Source: the human T2T-CHM13v2.0 reference genome, Homo sapiens. From it: a DNA stretch of 64,000 bases. Both the position numbers and the translations under genes were made by a program. The stretch's first letter is position 1; each line of letters opens with the position of its first letter. Positions 17,767 to 35,896 of the stretch are shown here, piece by piece. Location: NCBI RefSeq assembly GCF_009914755.1, contig NC_060934.1; one strand, 5' to 3'. The notes under the pieces were generated by a model that was not told the DNA's origin, did no database searches, and worked only from the letters and a program-made list of their open reading frames with translations.

Positions 17767-18530
17767 GAATTTGGTAACTGAAAGAACTTTGCTGCCAAAA
17801 CAAAATGTAAAACATAGAGTGCTGATTATTGGATTGAGCCTCAGTGAAGCATAATGAAGCTTAAGGAGGCTGTTGGTAAAGGTCTGAAGCAAAATGTAGA
17901 AAGTAACTATGGAATTCTAGAGAAAAGGGAGCCCTTGTCAAGTAGTGGAAGGCATTCATTTGTGGTGATGTGGAAAATAAGAAAAGGTACAGTAGTGTGT
18001 TGGTATCCATGGGAAATTGTTTCAAGGTATCCCCCACCATGTGGATACCAAAAACCTGCTGATGCGAAGTCCCTTATATAAAATAGTGTAGTATTTGTGC
18101 ATAATCTGTGCATATCCTCCGTATACTTTAAATCATTTTTAGGTTGCTTATAATACCTAACACAATTAAAATGCTATGTAAATAGTTATTATACTATATT
18201 GCTTAGGGAATAATGAAAAGAAAATATTTGTACATGTTCAGTGCAGACACAATCATCCACTTTTTTTCTCAATATTTTTGTTCCATGTTTGGTTGAACCT
18301 ATGTATGTGGAACCTGTAAATATAGAGGGTCGACTGTACCTAATAATGTTGCTGACTTAGCTAAAGACATTTTTGAGCAGAATGTTGGAAATGCAATCTG
18401 GTTTATTCTATCTTTCTACAATAAAGTAAAATAATAAATTAAATTAAAAAGTATTTATATTTCAGGTAGAATTTAGAGAAAAAATATATAGCACCCAGAA
18501 CAGTTAGCAATTAAAGGTTTCTCAAAGTAA
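17767..18530 (+). mobile_element. MLT1 internal region (MaLR-int), interrupted by MER2
   Basis: gaatttggtaac directly follows the LTR; the sequence resumes (cctaat..gctaaag..gcagaatgttg) after the MER2. Confidence 0.6.
17990..18336 (+). mobile_element. MER2 (TcMar-Tigger) full length, TA target-site duplication
   Basis: TA|cagtag..ggtatccatggg..ggataccaaaa..aagtccct..tatactttaaatcat..gagggtcgactg|TA. Confidence 0.88.
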
Positions 18531-18732
18531 GAAAGGGCAGTAGAATTCTTAATTGCCATTAATGAGAGGATCAAAGACTGTATAGTGCACACTCGTTAAT
18601 TGTAATTAATTTTTCAAGTGGCAATCAAAAAATTCTCAGTCTCACGCAAACTGAGTATTAATTAATACTCAGTTTCAGACAATGTTATATCTGGCTTTGC
18701 CTAATGTTATAATGTATTTTTTGAAAAATTTT

Positions 18733-20930
18733 ATAGCTCTAAGCCACCAGAGCAGGTTTCCATTTTGAGAGCCCAGCCCCTACCATACCGCATCCTGCCC
18801 TGGGGCCCAGTAGCCTCTGAATCGCCACATTCCTGGAGTCCCACTGACATCATCCTCCTAAGCTGGCACCACTGCTGGCCACTGCCACTCAGGCCAAAGT
18901 ACAAGCCACTGGCAATGACTCTGCTGCTCCCAGCAGTGTAGCCACCACACATTTATAAGCACCCTGAGGACAGGCTACTTTGCCCACAGCTGCCATCTGG
19001 GACCAAAGCACCCTATGCCTATTCCTATGGCTGCTGTCACTAAAAGCTATTCCACCCTTCCTAGTAGCAGGACAAAAGCACAGCCACTGCATTCCCAACC
19101 TGAGTATTTCACCAGGAGCCTAGGACTACCATGCCCATAACTACAGCATGGGTAGCACCTGCAAGGAGGCCTGAAAACTGATCCATCTGGCCCAGTTTTG
19201 CTCCCCAACACTGGTTCCCACACATGCTGTCTGGGGGACTGGGAATAGCCCAGCCATGTCTAGCATCATTGGCACATGAGAAATCCTCCTGGATCCAAAA
19301 GGTTGAGCCCATCCAACCTGGCAATACCACCACAGCTGGAACCAACCCAAATGTACCACATATGGGCCTGCATACTGGCCTAATCCTCTTGTTGCAGCCA
19401 CCACTAACATCAGTTTGAATTGCATGGAAGCCAGAGGGTTGTCCCACCACTGCTACTGACAGCCTTTATACCATGCCCACTGCCCAAGAATCCAACTACC
19501 CACTCAACAGCCCAGCCCAACACTGCCACTACTGGCACCCTTGCAAGCCTCCTTACTGTCCAAGGAGGGACCCACCTAATCGTATTACAACTGTGCCAGT
19601 GTATGCCACCATACAGCACAAGGAAAGTCACATTCAACCTGCTGCTGCCATCACTGGGACCCAATGACTGGCCCATCTGGCATCCTCATCCCCAGGAAAA
19701 CTTCACCACAGCCTCCACTAATAACCATAACATAAGGCGATGAATACATCACATACACCACTGATGCTCTTTACAGCTGAAGAAATCATGCAGAGACTAC
19801 ATTACTGCACATACACAGACTCAAAGCCAAAGGGCCCTAACCAGCCAACATGGTACATACAGCCTCAGTGAAAAATGCTTCACAATGAAGCAGGTTCTGA
19901 AAATTGAAAGAAGCGATTGTTACAACAGATATGCATATATCAACATAAGGACACAAGAAAAAGTTAAAAAGCAAGAAAATATGACACCTCCAAAGAACAC
20001 AATAATTTTCCAGCATAAAGAAAATTGATAAGGTTCAGTGAAAATAAACCTTATGAAATCTCAGAATGAGAATTCAGAATCATGATATTCAAAAAGTTTA
20101 GTGAGATACAAGAGAACAAGGACAAACAATACAAACAAATGAGAAAAACAATTCAGGTTATTGAAAAATTACCAAAGAGATAGATATCACACACACAAAA
20201 AAGAACCAAACCGAACTTCTGGAACTGAAGAATTCCTTGAATGAAATACAAAGTATATTCAAAAGCATTAATAATAGACTAAATCAAGTAGAGAAGAAAA
20301 TATCAGAATTTGAAGGCATGCCTTTTGAAATAACCCAGTCATTAACAATTTTTTTAAAAAAAGGAAAGAAAATATGAACATAGCCTATGGGATATATGTG
20401 GCACCATAAAGTGGCCAAATGTTACAGGTTTTGGTTTCCCAAAAAGCAAAGCAAACATGGAAGGCATAGACAAGTTATTCAATGAAATAATCCCTGAAAA
20501 CTTCCCAAGCCTATCATTACATTTAGATATCCCACTTACATGTGGGAGCTAAAAAAGTTAATCTCATGAAGATAAAGAGGTGAATGATAGATATCAGAGG
20601 TTGGGAAGGGTGTGTGGAGGGGGTGATGAAGAGATGTTATTTAGTGGGTACAAACATGTTGTTAGATAGAAGAAATAATTTCAAATGTTCGATAACACAG
20701 TAGGATGACTATTGTTAACAACAATGTATTGTATATTTCAAAATAGCTATAAGAGGGAACTTGAAATGTTCCCAACACATGGAAATGATGAAATCCCTGG
20801 AGGTGATGGATACCCCAAATACTCTGACTCGATGATTATACATTCTATGCATGTAACAAAATATCATATATAAGCATGCGTACTTATAAGTATGCATAAA
20901 TATTATGTATCATGTAAAAAAATTAAAAAG
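18733..20930 (+). mobile_element. L1MA-type LINE-1: 5' region plus half of ORF1 joined directly to the 3' end
   Basis: C-rich L1M 5' region; ORF1 remnant from ~19960 (atgacacctccaaag..gaattcaga..gaaaacttcccaagcct); at ~20532 it jumps to cacttacatgtgggagctaaaaaag and an L1MA 3'UTR with A tail. Confidence 0.75.
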
Positions 20931-23487
20931 TTATCACTTATAATATAGATGACCAAATACAAAATAAATGTAGATAAAATCTAAGAAATATATTTAAATA
21001 TAAGAAAACTAAAAGAATTACATGTAGGTGAATATTTGGTTAAACAGTTAAAAAAAGAAGAAGTAGGAGGAGGGGGAAAATAAGGTAAAGATGGTTGTAG
21101 AGGAGGAAGAGGAGGAGAAGGAGGACGTTTGCTTTACTTAAACAGGAAAATGATAAACTATCATAAAACTATCATAAGTTGTGCACTTATTTCAATCAAG
21201 TGCTGTTTTAGGCATTTTAACATATGGTATATTTAATATTAACATTAATCCAAACAGTGCATATTCTTAGTCAACATTTTATGGAATTAATTTTTCCATG
21301 GCCATCTCTATAATAAGTGGTGAAGCCAATATCGGAATCTAATTTAATACTGAAAGGTCTATAGGAGTCCATTCGCCTGGGAGAGTGTGAACTTTGCCTG
21401 AGAGCTGAAATTGCAAATTTTAGTTATATTGGCTTGGGTAATAGCGTTTTGGAAGTAGTTAATTATAATAAAATAGGGTAATGGGTTGTATTTAAAATGT
21501 ATACATTGTATTCGATTACATTTTAAATTATATAATTTGTATTGTAAAGAAAATATGTATCTTAATGTAGTATATGTAATTAGTTGATATAAAATGTTTT
21601 GTCATGGATTAAGTAATATTTCTCATGGTTCAAAATGTATTGAGAAAAGCAACCAAAATACAGAGAACAATGCTACAAATTACCAACAGTTGAATAAATC
21701 AATATACTCCAATTCACAACAACTCAGGAATTTAGGAATGGGTTGTGCATTAAAGAAAGGAAAAACTCAAAAAGGGAAGGACTAACATGTCTATCAAGGT
21801 GACTGTTAATAGCTTGCATGTGAATAATTTCTTAGGTAGCTCAGGGGTGTTTTCTAAGAGCAGTGTCTATAAACCAAGTACTCATGAGTCCATATGGTAC
21901 AAATTAGAATTATCACATAAAAACGTCCCTTGCTTATAAATAGAGAACCTCATTATCCTAAGGGCCTTTATGAGTTGGCTTTGTTGCTACCAACAAGGCT
22001 ACAAGTTGGATTACTTTTCTTTATCCTTCTATAACAAAGCAAGATGGGACCCACTGACAGGGAGCAGAATGGGGCAACAGAACATTTTAAGAAACCAAAA
22101 GAAGTAATCCCTGAGGTAATGAACCTTAGGGGGTGCACAATTGTTTTTGAACAATTAGAATTAGATTTAGCATAAATGGATTATTCCTCTGTAAAGCAGA
22201 ACCAGAAACAATGTGGAATGAATAATTTCAGGGATTCAATGCTAGAAATGGCTGCATTGGGTATTATATTTTATTCATCATTGATGGAACTAAATGAAAT
22301 AGAATGGTGCTTAGTCAAGAATACTTTTCAGGTAGTTTCCCCTAGGGATAAGCTTGTATCAAATGATGTTGAAGTCTCTCTCAGGTCGAAACTACTTGAT
22401 ACTAATCATTGTGGAAAAAGAGCAGTAAAAAAAAATTCAATATGTAATAATTAGCTGTTGAACAATGTGGATGACAGAGAAACTTCCAGTTAGTTAAATA
22501 TGTTTTCTAATGAAATAACTGCTTTATATAAATATATTGACCAGGGACTTTGTAACATTATTTGTAATACAGAAACAATTTCTCCTTTAGCTATGATTCA
22601 GTAGAGAACTATTAAGTAGAAAGAATTGAACAGTGTGTAATGTTTCTGTAACTATAGGGGTAATTAGGGAAAATGAAAGACAGATGTACAAGATTAATCA
22701 AATTACCAAAACAATCACCTCAGGAAAACATGCACACAAACAACAACAACAAAGTTAATAGATATTTATTAATAATAGCATTATACAACTATTTTAGATG
22801 TGTATTCCAACTTTAATATAAAAAGAACAATTAAGTATGGTTCTCTTATCATTAAACGGCTTTAGCTTTATATATGCATCATATGATTTCTATTAAAGCT
22901 GTATCTGCTGTTTATCATTTCAACAAATCAGGGCTTGGGATGGCAATCTGATTGGACAGGAGATTCAGAATTATCATTTTTATTGTTTTAATTTATTTTC
23001 TAATAATCAGTACTCTTTCTACCTCTTTTAAGATCAGTGTTGTTAATTATCATAACCTAGAAATCATGTGACTTGAACTCTGATTTTCTGCATAGAGTTG
23101 AGCAAACAATATGCCAGTTTTGTATGTGTGCGTGGTTATTTTTACTACTTTATTTTTTTATTTTTTGCTTTATTGACTCTTCTCCAACTTTCAACTTTTT
23201 TTTGTTAATGTACTTAATGACATTTCTATTTCCATGGCCATGTCAAAGAATCAGTCCTTAAATTTATCTGTTATTTCTGTATTACTTTTAGTTCCTAAAT
23301 TATTGATTTCTTCTTTCGAGTGTAGGTTTTTTCCCCAATGTATCAGAATGTTTCTAAAATTAATTTATTTTCATTACATACATGCATCTATATACATATA
23401 GATATATAAAGTACATTGTTATATAGCACATACGTGTACATAGCATAAAATCAGTTTTTACCTTGAAATTTAACATAAATATCTTCT

Positions 23488-23789
23488 TATTATTACTATT
23501 ATTATTTTGAGATGGAATATCACTCTGTCACCAAGGCTGGAGTGCAATGGCAAGATCTCAGCTCACTGCAGTCTCTGCCTCCTGAGTTCAAGTGATTCTC
23601 ATGTCTCAGCCTCCTGAGTAGCTGGGATTACAAATGAGCACCAACACGCCTAGCTAATTTTGAATTTTTAGCAGAGATGGGGTTTTACCATATTGGCCAG
23701 ACTGGTCTCGAACTCCTGGCCTCAAGTGATCTGCCCACCTCAGCCTCCCAAAGTGCGGAGATTACAGGTGTGAGCCACTGCGCCCAACC
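23488..23789 (-). mobile_element. Alu (old AluS/AluJb-like)
   Basis: (TTA)n tail, then gagatgg..ctcctggcctcaagtgatctgcccacctcagcctcccaaagtg..gagccactgcgccc. Confidence 0.93.
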
Positions 23790-24935
23790 ACTATCTTATT
23801 ATTTTGATACATTGGTACAGCCCATTTACATTAATTATTATTATAGGCATGTTATATCCTAGTTATGCTTGAATATTTTATGTTGTAGTTTTAAGTATTT
23901 TTTTCACTTAAGTATGCTATTACATTTTATCTATTTCATGGCATTTTTTGTTTTTAAAAATAATATAATTTCCATTTTTGTTCTACTGGTTAGTTTGTAA
24001 CTATAATTTGAATCTTTTATCTTCCTAATACTCTCTATATTAGAAAGTAGCTCTCTATACTTATATCTTTTCTTTTTGTTAAATAATTGGTTCTTTGAAA
24101 AACTTGCTACTATAAATTATTTAGGATTTATTTTGACAAATTATTTCCAACTTAATAATATTAATTTAAAAATAATCATATGTAATTGAGGTAGTTGGTC
24201 TATAATACCCATAGCTGCATTATGTGTTACTGGTAATATCCATTTTACAGTCTTATAAATTGCATTAATTTGGATTTGTCAAGTTATTAATGAGGTAATT
24301 TTTTCCTACACTTTAAGAGTAAAATGTGGTATTAACTCAGAAGTAACACAAAAGTGGGGTTATAGCCTGGCTTGGTAATATACTACCTCTGTGACCTTGA
24401 ATTTGTCACTCTAGTCACAAACTTCAATATTAGATGTGTTGAAAATAGTATCATCTACTTTATAGGTTTGTTAAAATTATAAAATAATGCTGGTAAGTGA
24501 TATGCATAGCTATGCATATGGTATATATTTTGTTCTCAGAGGATGAGTTATTATTTTAATAACTTTTCTACTATTTTTACACTATTACCTTTATTACTGT
24601 TATTATTTATGTCATTCACTATTTGTCTTTCTTGTCTGGAGAAGTATTATGCTCCTTATTCTGTCAGGCTATCATATTGGAATTCTTTTTATTGATTACT
24701 ACAATTTATTATCAGATTATCAAAATGTTTATATTTACAATACACACTTGTTTCTCCTCCCTTTTAATTTCATTTGGCTGTTGTCTGAACCACATGTTAA
24801 AATTGTATAAAAGCGATTAGACTAATGTTTACATTTTTCTTTTTCATTATCTTAAGATCACATGCATATTTATAAAATCCCATCATTTAAACAGCACGTA
24901 AAAATCTCCCACTCCATACACAAAAATGTGTTTCA

Positions 24936-25272
<337 letters not shown>

Positions 25273-25279
25273 AGACTGT

Positions 25280-25625
25280 TTGAGCCTTCTTTACAGTAAG
25301 GTGGCTCTGTGACTATGTTGTAACAAATGGAATATGTTTAGAAATTATATATCAATATACAAATTATATGCACTTAAGAAAAAGAGTATGTTGTTACTTT
25401 TCATTAATCACTGCCTTTTGGCTGAAAGGCAGATTTGAAGGTGGGAGCCTTATTGGGCCACAAAATAAAACTACATATTGAGAATGGGAGAGCAACAAAA
25501 TAGGAACCCACATCTCTGATGGCCATTGAGCTGACTTCTCCTACATTTTACATATAAAAATAAATATTTATCATATTTAACTACTCATTTGGGGACTCTT
25601 TAAACAGAAACTACCACAGTCTAAT
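25280..25625 (+). mobile_element. MLT1I/J-like MaLR LTR fragment
   Basis: ggtggctctgtgacta..aatggaatatg..gagaatgggagagcaacaaaatagga..aataaa..ttggggactct. Confidence 0.5.
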
Positions 25626-26269
25626 GTAAGAATAGCTATACCTATTTAGGTGTTAAAGTGTTCATACAGGATTGTAAGGAATTATCTGCAGATAATTTTC
25701 TGCTAGCATAAGTTTAGGGGCCTAGGAGTTGATTTAGAAATGAAATCATAGAATTTAGGGATAAGGATTTGTTTTATTTATAAATAAAATCCCCTCAAGT
25801 CTTAGTAGGCTTCTTCTAGTTATTTTGCTTTAATCATTTCTGTGTTCAGGAACCCAAGCCAAACATCTCCTTTAGACATAGTTTAGACACTGGAAGTTCA
25901 TCCTATTTTATTTGTTGTCTATTCTACTTTTTCCCTCAACTTAACAGACGTTAGCTCAAGGCCGTCTGAAAAAAAGAAGAAAGGTTGGAGTGGGAAGACA
26001 CACATTTTTCCAAAGCTGATCTCCTGGCTATGATTAGAACTGTACTTCCTGCAAGCTCTCTTTCTATCTCTACATTATTATAGCCTCTCAAGAATTTATC
26101 AATTCTGCAAACACATTAATTTTTGTGTGTGTCGTGTTCTGTGTCATCCAATATGTCTAGAATTTCTTTTATTATACTTCAGATTGTCATTTTATAATTA
26201 GCTAGCATGTCACCTCTTGAGAAGCCTGGTCTGAGTCCTCCAGGAGTATTAGGAGATGTTAACATACCA

Positions 26270-26450
26270 TGTAAGAAAGTGAACTTTAGGGACAAGCAGC
26301 CTGAATTTTAATTCCAGTTCTGGCACATGCATGACCAGGCTATAATCTTTGTATCTTACTTTCTTCTCTTACAAAATAAGGTTGAATCTAATATTACCTA
26401 TAGAAGAAGGCTGAATTAAATGACACACGATTCAAGTAAATTGCTGAACA
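26270..26450 (+). mobile_element. MIR fragment
   Basis: gaactttag..cagcctgaattttaattccagttctg..tacaaaataagg..gaattaaatga. Confidence 0.55.
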
Positions 26451-26454
26451 CAGA

Positions 26455-26545
26455 TTGTGTATGTATATATGCGTGGGGGGTATGTATATACATGTGTGTA
26501 TACATGTGTGTATATACCTACGTGTGTATATGTGTGTGTGTGTAT
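26455..26545. repeat. (TG/TA)n mixed microsatellite
   Basis: Alternating purine-pyrimidine tract seen directly. Confidence 0.85.
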
Positions 26546-27359
26546 TTTCTCATGCTTAAAATGTTGGATATTTTTAGCAACTAATTAGAAACTCCAGTCT
26601 ATGGACTATCATATATATATATATACACATATATGTTCTAGCAATTCTCAAATTGTGTTATATATGTTATAGTTATATGACTATATAGCTTTTTGCTCAC
26701 TAGTCTATTAGAGTTGCACATGGTGATAAAAGGGAGACACTCAATAATTATTCAAGTGTTGAATATATGAAGGTAGCATGGCAATCAGAGTTAACTCTCA
26801 ATTCATTGATTTTCCAATGCTGGGATAGGCATCCCTTTATGGTTGCATAAGCAGAAATACATTTGTTTACCTTTCTTAGAGATTTATCTTTGGCTAGAGA
26901 AGAGGAAAATAAGGGGAAAATAAAGCAAAGTAAGTAGATTTACTTATACTAACATGAAAAATTCTCACTCTTCATATCATCATATCAAACGTTATAAAAT
27001 ATTCATGAATTTGAATTTGGTTAGCCATACTTCATTGTATCTCTGCTACTCTTCGAAGACCACCTGGCTGGAGAAGCTGTCAGTTTATGTCAGCAGGGAG
27101 CAACCTCGTCATATTGATCTGTTCAATGCATGTCAAGCAATCTGGCCTTTTATCAAAAGAAATATTCTAGAAAATAGCAAGCAATATTATTATAATCAGT
27201 TAAGGATGTAACCAACAATGGGAGGTGAAAACTATTCCTGAAGTTAACACCAATTATGACACAAAAATGCACCAATCTTAAAAAAAAGTTAAATTTCATA
27301 TTCTCATAATTAAAACCTCCACCCTTCAAAAACGTAATTAAATAAATAAGAAAATTCAA

Positions 27360-30443
<3,084 letters not shown>

Positions 30444-32264
30444 CCTTTGTAACACACTGGCTTTTAAAGCTTTCTATCTCTTAATGAATACCCTTTTCTG
30501 CTTCCTGTTTTATTATTTTATTTTCTATTAATATTCCATTGCTTTTTCCCCTCTGATTTTGTGAGAACTTGCAATAGTCCAGTAGCCCTTCTCTATAAGC
30601 TAGTAATAATATGATTATTTAGAAAGATGAGTTCTAACTATTCTTCTTGGCTATTTGGGTAGCTAAACAGAAATTTACTACATACATACATACATAGTGG
30701 TACTATTTTTTCCTAAAAAAGGCTGTGACATTTTTCCTTTGTTAATTGAAGAGGAAAATCACTATTTTTACATATGTCTCAAATAAATTAAATTCAGTTT
30801 GTATTTGGGTAATTTGCAGAGACAATATTTTATCAAGATCTCCCAGACAGGAAACAACTCTTAAAAATTTTAGTCTCATAAATGGGCTGCAAATTTATCT
30901 TGCACTTCATTTTAATGCAAACCTTCATTCAAAGCTAATATGCATAAGACACAGTTTTAATAGTGTAGTTCCCGAAGCCAAAATACATAGTGTCTCTACA
31001 TTCGAGAAATTCAGTAATATGATCTCAACCACTACATTGTGTTGATAATTATTTTCCTGACGTTTTCCATATAAATCCAAACAAGCTGTCTCTCCTACTT
31101 TCTTGCCTGATCTATCCCGTTCACTCTATCTAGAGCATTCTTTGTCCATCTCCTGTTTACCTGTGCAATCCTCCCTTTCCTTGTCAACTCAATGCCTTAG
31201 TTCTCTAAGTACATTCTTAATCCTAAAGCCTAGAAAGGAATATACCTAAACAGTTAAGGTTATAAATGTGATATGGGTACCCAGAAAGTACTTCTGTCAC
31301 TCCTTTATTAGAAGCTTGTTTTCTAAATTTTCAAACCCAAATGTAGGCATCCCACTTTACTTTAAAAATAGAAAAGTCAGTAGGCTTAAAAAAAGAAGGC
31401 AATCAGTGTGAGAGGTAAGCAACAGGTGAATGGCCTCACAGACACAATCCATTTATTAAAACACACCATGTTCTCTTTCTGTCTGAACATTCACATATCC
31501 CATCCCAATCAAGTAGAAATAAATATTACTGCTAAATTATGAATATGATAACTGCAGAGAACTATTCATTATCTATTGTCTGGCATCCTCTGTGTTTTAG
31601 TCAAAGATAATTTTTAAAAATCAAACAAACCTTGTTAAAAATATACAAGATATCTAAATGTATTGTAGTTGCTTTTTAAAAGTCAGATAAAAAGAGAGCT
31701 ACCACTAAATCTTCAAAAAAATTAAAACATATGTTGGAATGTAAAAGTTACCAGTATTTTAGTCTGGGAGGAGTGTTTTTGTCAAGAATGAGCTCCTGAC
31801 TGATAAAGAAAAATTGTCTCTGGGTTATTTCAACATCACTACAGCCCTAGATAAAAATTTTAAAAAAGGTTATTCCAGTTATATTTAAATAACTTTCATA
31901 GACAGCTTATATCCTAGCATCTTTGGGTAGTTTTCTGAGGAGTGCATTCTCTGAAGATGCCCCTTACATTCATTTAACATTTTAACTTGCAGCCAGTTTA
32001 GCCCTCCACATGATGGCAGGCCTTTGCAAAAAACCACACTAAATGTTTCATGTACCAAATAAGGGTGAGTAAAATTCCCCAATTTACTAATGTGATACCT
32101 GCATATGCAGCCACACAAATAATGCATGAGATTTGATTATTCTAATATAATTTCTAAGATGAAAATTTTAGACCCATTCAAAATGAAAGTACATATACAT
32201 AAAATATTTTACATATAAATTCAGGTGATTCCTACGCTTTAAGAAGCCATGGGGTACTCACCAT

Positions 32265-32860
32265 GATGACTTTAAAACAAATGGTCACAAGTTTCTTCAT
32301 ATTTTTCCCTTTGAGAGATGGAGGTCAATGTCAATCTCCCTAAATCTAGGTGGCCTATGATTTATTTGTAACCAAAAGAACCTGGCATGAGTGACAATGG
32401 TTGGCTAGGTCATAATAGTTGATTTATCTTTCACTTTATTTGCTGGAAAATTCATACTTGAAGTCCTGAACCACTGCCTAAGAAGCCCATCTAATGCGAA
32501 GCCACCATACTGTGAGAAAGCCAGTCCACATGGAGAGGTCATCTGTAGGTTCTCTGGTTGGCAGTCCTGGTCTTTGAGTCCTCCTAGTCTTGGTGCCAGG
32601 CATAAGAATGAATAAATCCTCACACGTGTCCAGCCTTGAGTGATCAAGAAACTTCTAGGTTTTGAACATTTTCAGCAGAAGAATCATGGGGCAGAGATAA
32701 GGATCTCCTGTTGTATCATTTCTAAATTTCTAACCAGCATACCCATAAACAAATACGCAATGAGCTTTTGTTCATTTGTTTGTTTTGCTTTGTTATTTGT
32801 TTGTTTTTCTAGCCAACTAAATTTGGGGTAATTTGCTGTGTAGAAATGCTAATAACACCA
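32265..32860 (+). mobile_element. MLT1G-like MaLR solo LTR
   Basis: aaatggtcacaag..gagagatggagg..ggctaggtcataa..gccaccatactgtgagaaagcc..atggggcagaga..aaatttggggtaatttg. Confidence 0.7.
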
Positions 32861-33244
32861 ACCTATGCTAAAAAGCTTACGTCTATAGAGAACAGGACTC
32901 TAGAAACACTGAGTTTGACTGAACTTAGCTGGTCACCTAAGGGATTGAGAACAGAAACATTTTTGATATTCTGTCTATGCCTGGAAATGCAGATTTATGA
33001 AAATGAACTAACCTTTTTAAAACTCAGTTCACCAAGTTAGCATGTGACAGCCTCAACTGTGACCTTTTAAAAGATATACAGAAATTCAAAATAAAAAGAC
33101 ATAAAATGATCATTAAAAGCAAAAAAAAAATAGTAAAGTTAATCTTCAGAGATCATACTTTTGGGAATCCCTTTCCCAGTGATCACACTATTTCACCTCC
33201 TAGATTTGGCACATAGCCAAGGTACTTTCCTTGTACTGATCAGG

Positions 33245-33670
33245 ATATATTAGGCTTGGGTGTGAAACTATATTAATCATTACTCTCTTTGTGGCATAAC
33301 ATAAAAAGGTTCATGTATTCTCATAACAGAGATTTAATGCATGGATGGTGGTTTTTGAGGGTAGGGAAATTTTTCTGTATAGCCATTCCATAATCAGACG
33401 GAAAGGGCTCTTTCATCTTCTAGTAGCTCCATCATTGAAGACATGCATCTCTGCATTTTGATGAGAAAATATAAAAAAGATCTTAAGAATTATGTGAGAT
33501 ATTTTAGGGGCCAAGCTTGAAAGAATCTTAGAAAATATTTGCCTATATATTTTTGGAACCCCCAGATAAAGTCTAAAATTTGACTATAAAACAAGCTGGA
33601 AATATAACCTTTCTGTGTTCCCAGAAAAAAAGAAAAAAAGGTCATGCATTTGGATGAGCACCTAACAATG
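33245..33670 (-). mobile_element. Old MLT1 (K/L-like) LTR
   Basis: Degenerate MaLR motifs (tattctcataaca..ggctctttcatctt..agctggaaatat..ctgtgttcccag). Confidence 0.4.
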
Positions 33671-34003
33671 ACTTGTCAAATCCTGCTGAAAACTAAATTC
33701 TGATATTTTATCAGTTTTTTTACTCTACATCTCTTTTGGGTGTCTGGCAAATCTGACTCTAGACAGTATTCATTTTTGGACCTTTCATGATATGAATGGC
33801 CTGTTATATTAAGGATTAGTGATAATTAAATTCAAAGAACAAAGCAAAATTTATCAGAAATTATGGGAGATAAGTTTAAAAATACAAACACAATGTGCTT
33901 TGATTCAAAGTAAAAATTTCATCCCATTTGGTATATTTTTTGACCAAAGAAGGACATAAGGGAAAGACAAGAAGTATAATTCATTGTATCATAAAGGTAA
34001 TAT

Positions 34004-34318
<315 letters not shown>

Positions 34319-35896
34319 GGTGTAATACATTTGGGCAAACACAAAGTGAAGCAATTAGCACAAAAGCAGTTTTTTGTCACTTTAATATGTAAATTCTTTG
34401 TTTTAGACAGTATAATTCATAATATTCTGAAGTCTCTATTTTTAGTATGGAAAATGATACACAATTTTTCTGGTTAAAAGTGCATTTAATTATTTCTAAT
34501 AGTATTATTTCTCAATTAAATCAAAGTAATTATTGATTGGTCTGTTGGAAATGACCAAGCAAGCAAACATTCTGGATGGATCTACAACTATGTAATAATC
34601 CCATTCATCAAAATTACTGACATCATTTTTCCCTACAGAAATGTTCTCAGTGGAGTAAAAGTGTTGTTTATTCTTCAGAACTATTCTCTTAACAAGAGTG
34701 TAGTGACAACTGGTATTTAAATAACATCAAAATACGTGAATAATAACAGATAAATTACTCAGCCATAATGTTTTTGTTTCTTCTAAGAGTAGCTCCTATT
34801 GAAATAATCATCACTCAGATAAAAATTATGTAATCTGGAAAAGATGTTAAAAAAGAGACCAACAATATGAAGGAACTGGAGAGAAACTTAAAGCAGGCAG
34901 AAACTGGAGGGAGATGGAGCCTTAAGAAAGGAACTGGACCAGTTTATACTTGTGGTTGTAACATTTTGCCTAAAAACACTTGGCAGGCTAGGAGGTGAGA
35001 GACAGTGAGTAGTGGTGTATTCAAACAAAAAGTTATAGTCTTTCTAAACTTAAGAATCAGAGAATAGATTTTAGCACTTCTTGCTTGGCTGGAAAGTGAT
35101 AGAGGATATAAGATTTGTGGTTACAAGCTTTTTCGCGTGAAAGAACATACCTAGCTTTGGGAGTTGTGGGAGTGAGGAAGGCCACTGTACCAGGAATATA
35201 GAATAATAAGTAAATGTTCATGATTATCGATATTATTAATATTACATTATTGGTTCCATTTATCTATCATGAAATGTCAGCCAGGCACTGATAGACATTT
35301 AAAAGAGATAAGTTATATACATAAATATTTTTAATGTCGTAGGGCAGAATATAATGTTAATTTTTATTTTTGAACATAATACAAAACAGAGATACAGAAA
35401 ATCACAAAAAACAAATTTATAGCTTAATGATTATTAAAATGTGTAGTCATTCTTGTAGCCACCACCCAGTAGAAACAGAACTCCACCAGACACCAACGAA
35501 ACTTCAAGTAGCTACATCCCAAGTATAAGCCCTGCCTCCTTCCATAAATAACCATCATCTGACTTTCAAAGTCACCACTACCTTGTATTTATTTCATGGT
35601 TTATTATCTTTTAAGCCCCTTTATTTTATACATCTCCCCTCAACCATTATTTTCCCTTACATTTTATCTGTTAAAGAACCCAGAGCATTTGATCTATATA
35701 AGTTTACAGAAAAACAGCTTCTGTGTTCTCTGCAAATTGGGAGCTAAAAGCATAAATGTGGCCAGACTATTGCATTCTTTTATCAAGATAAATCTAATAA
35801 GTCTGCTCTCTCTTTTTTTGTTGTTAGCTGTTGTTGAAGTGTCATACCTACATCCATTATTTCCTATGGATTTTCAGAATAGTGATATTCTAAGTC

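Noticed and set aside
18731-19743. Cluster of overlapping ORFs (also 27760-28824 and 49823-50331)
   Set aside because: GC-rich L1 5'UTR remnants with few stop codons; not coding.
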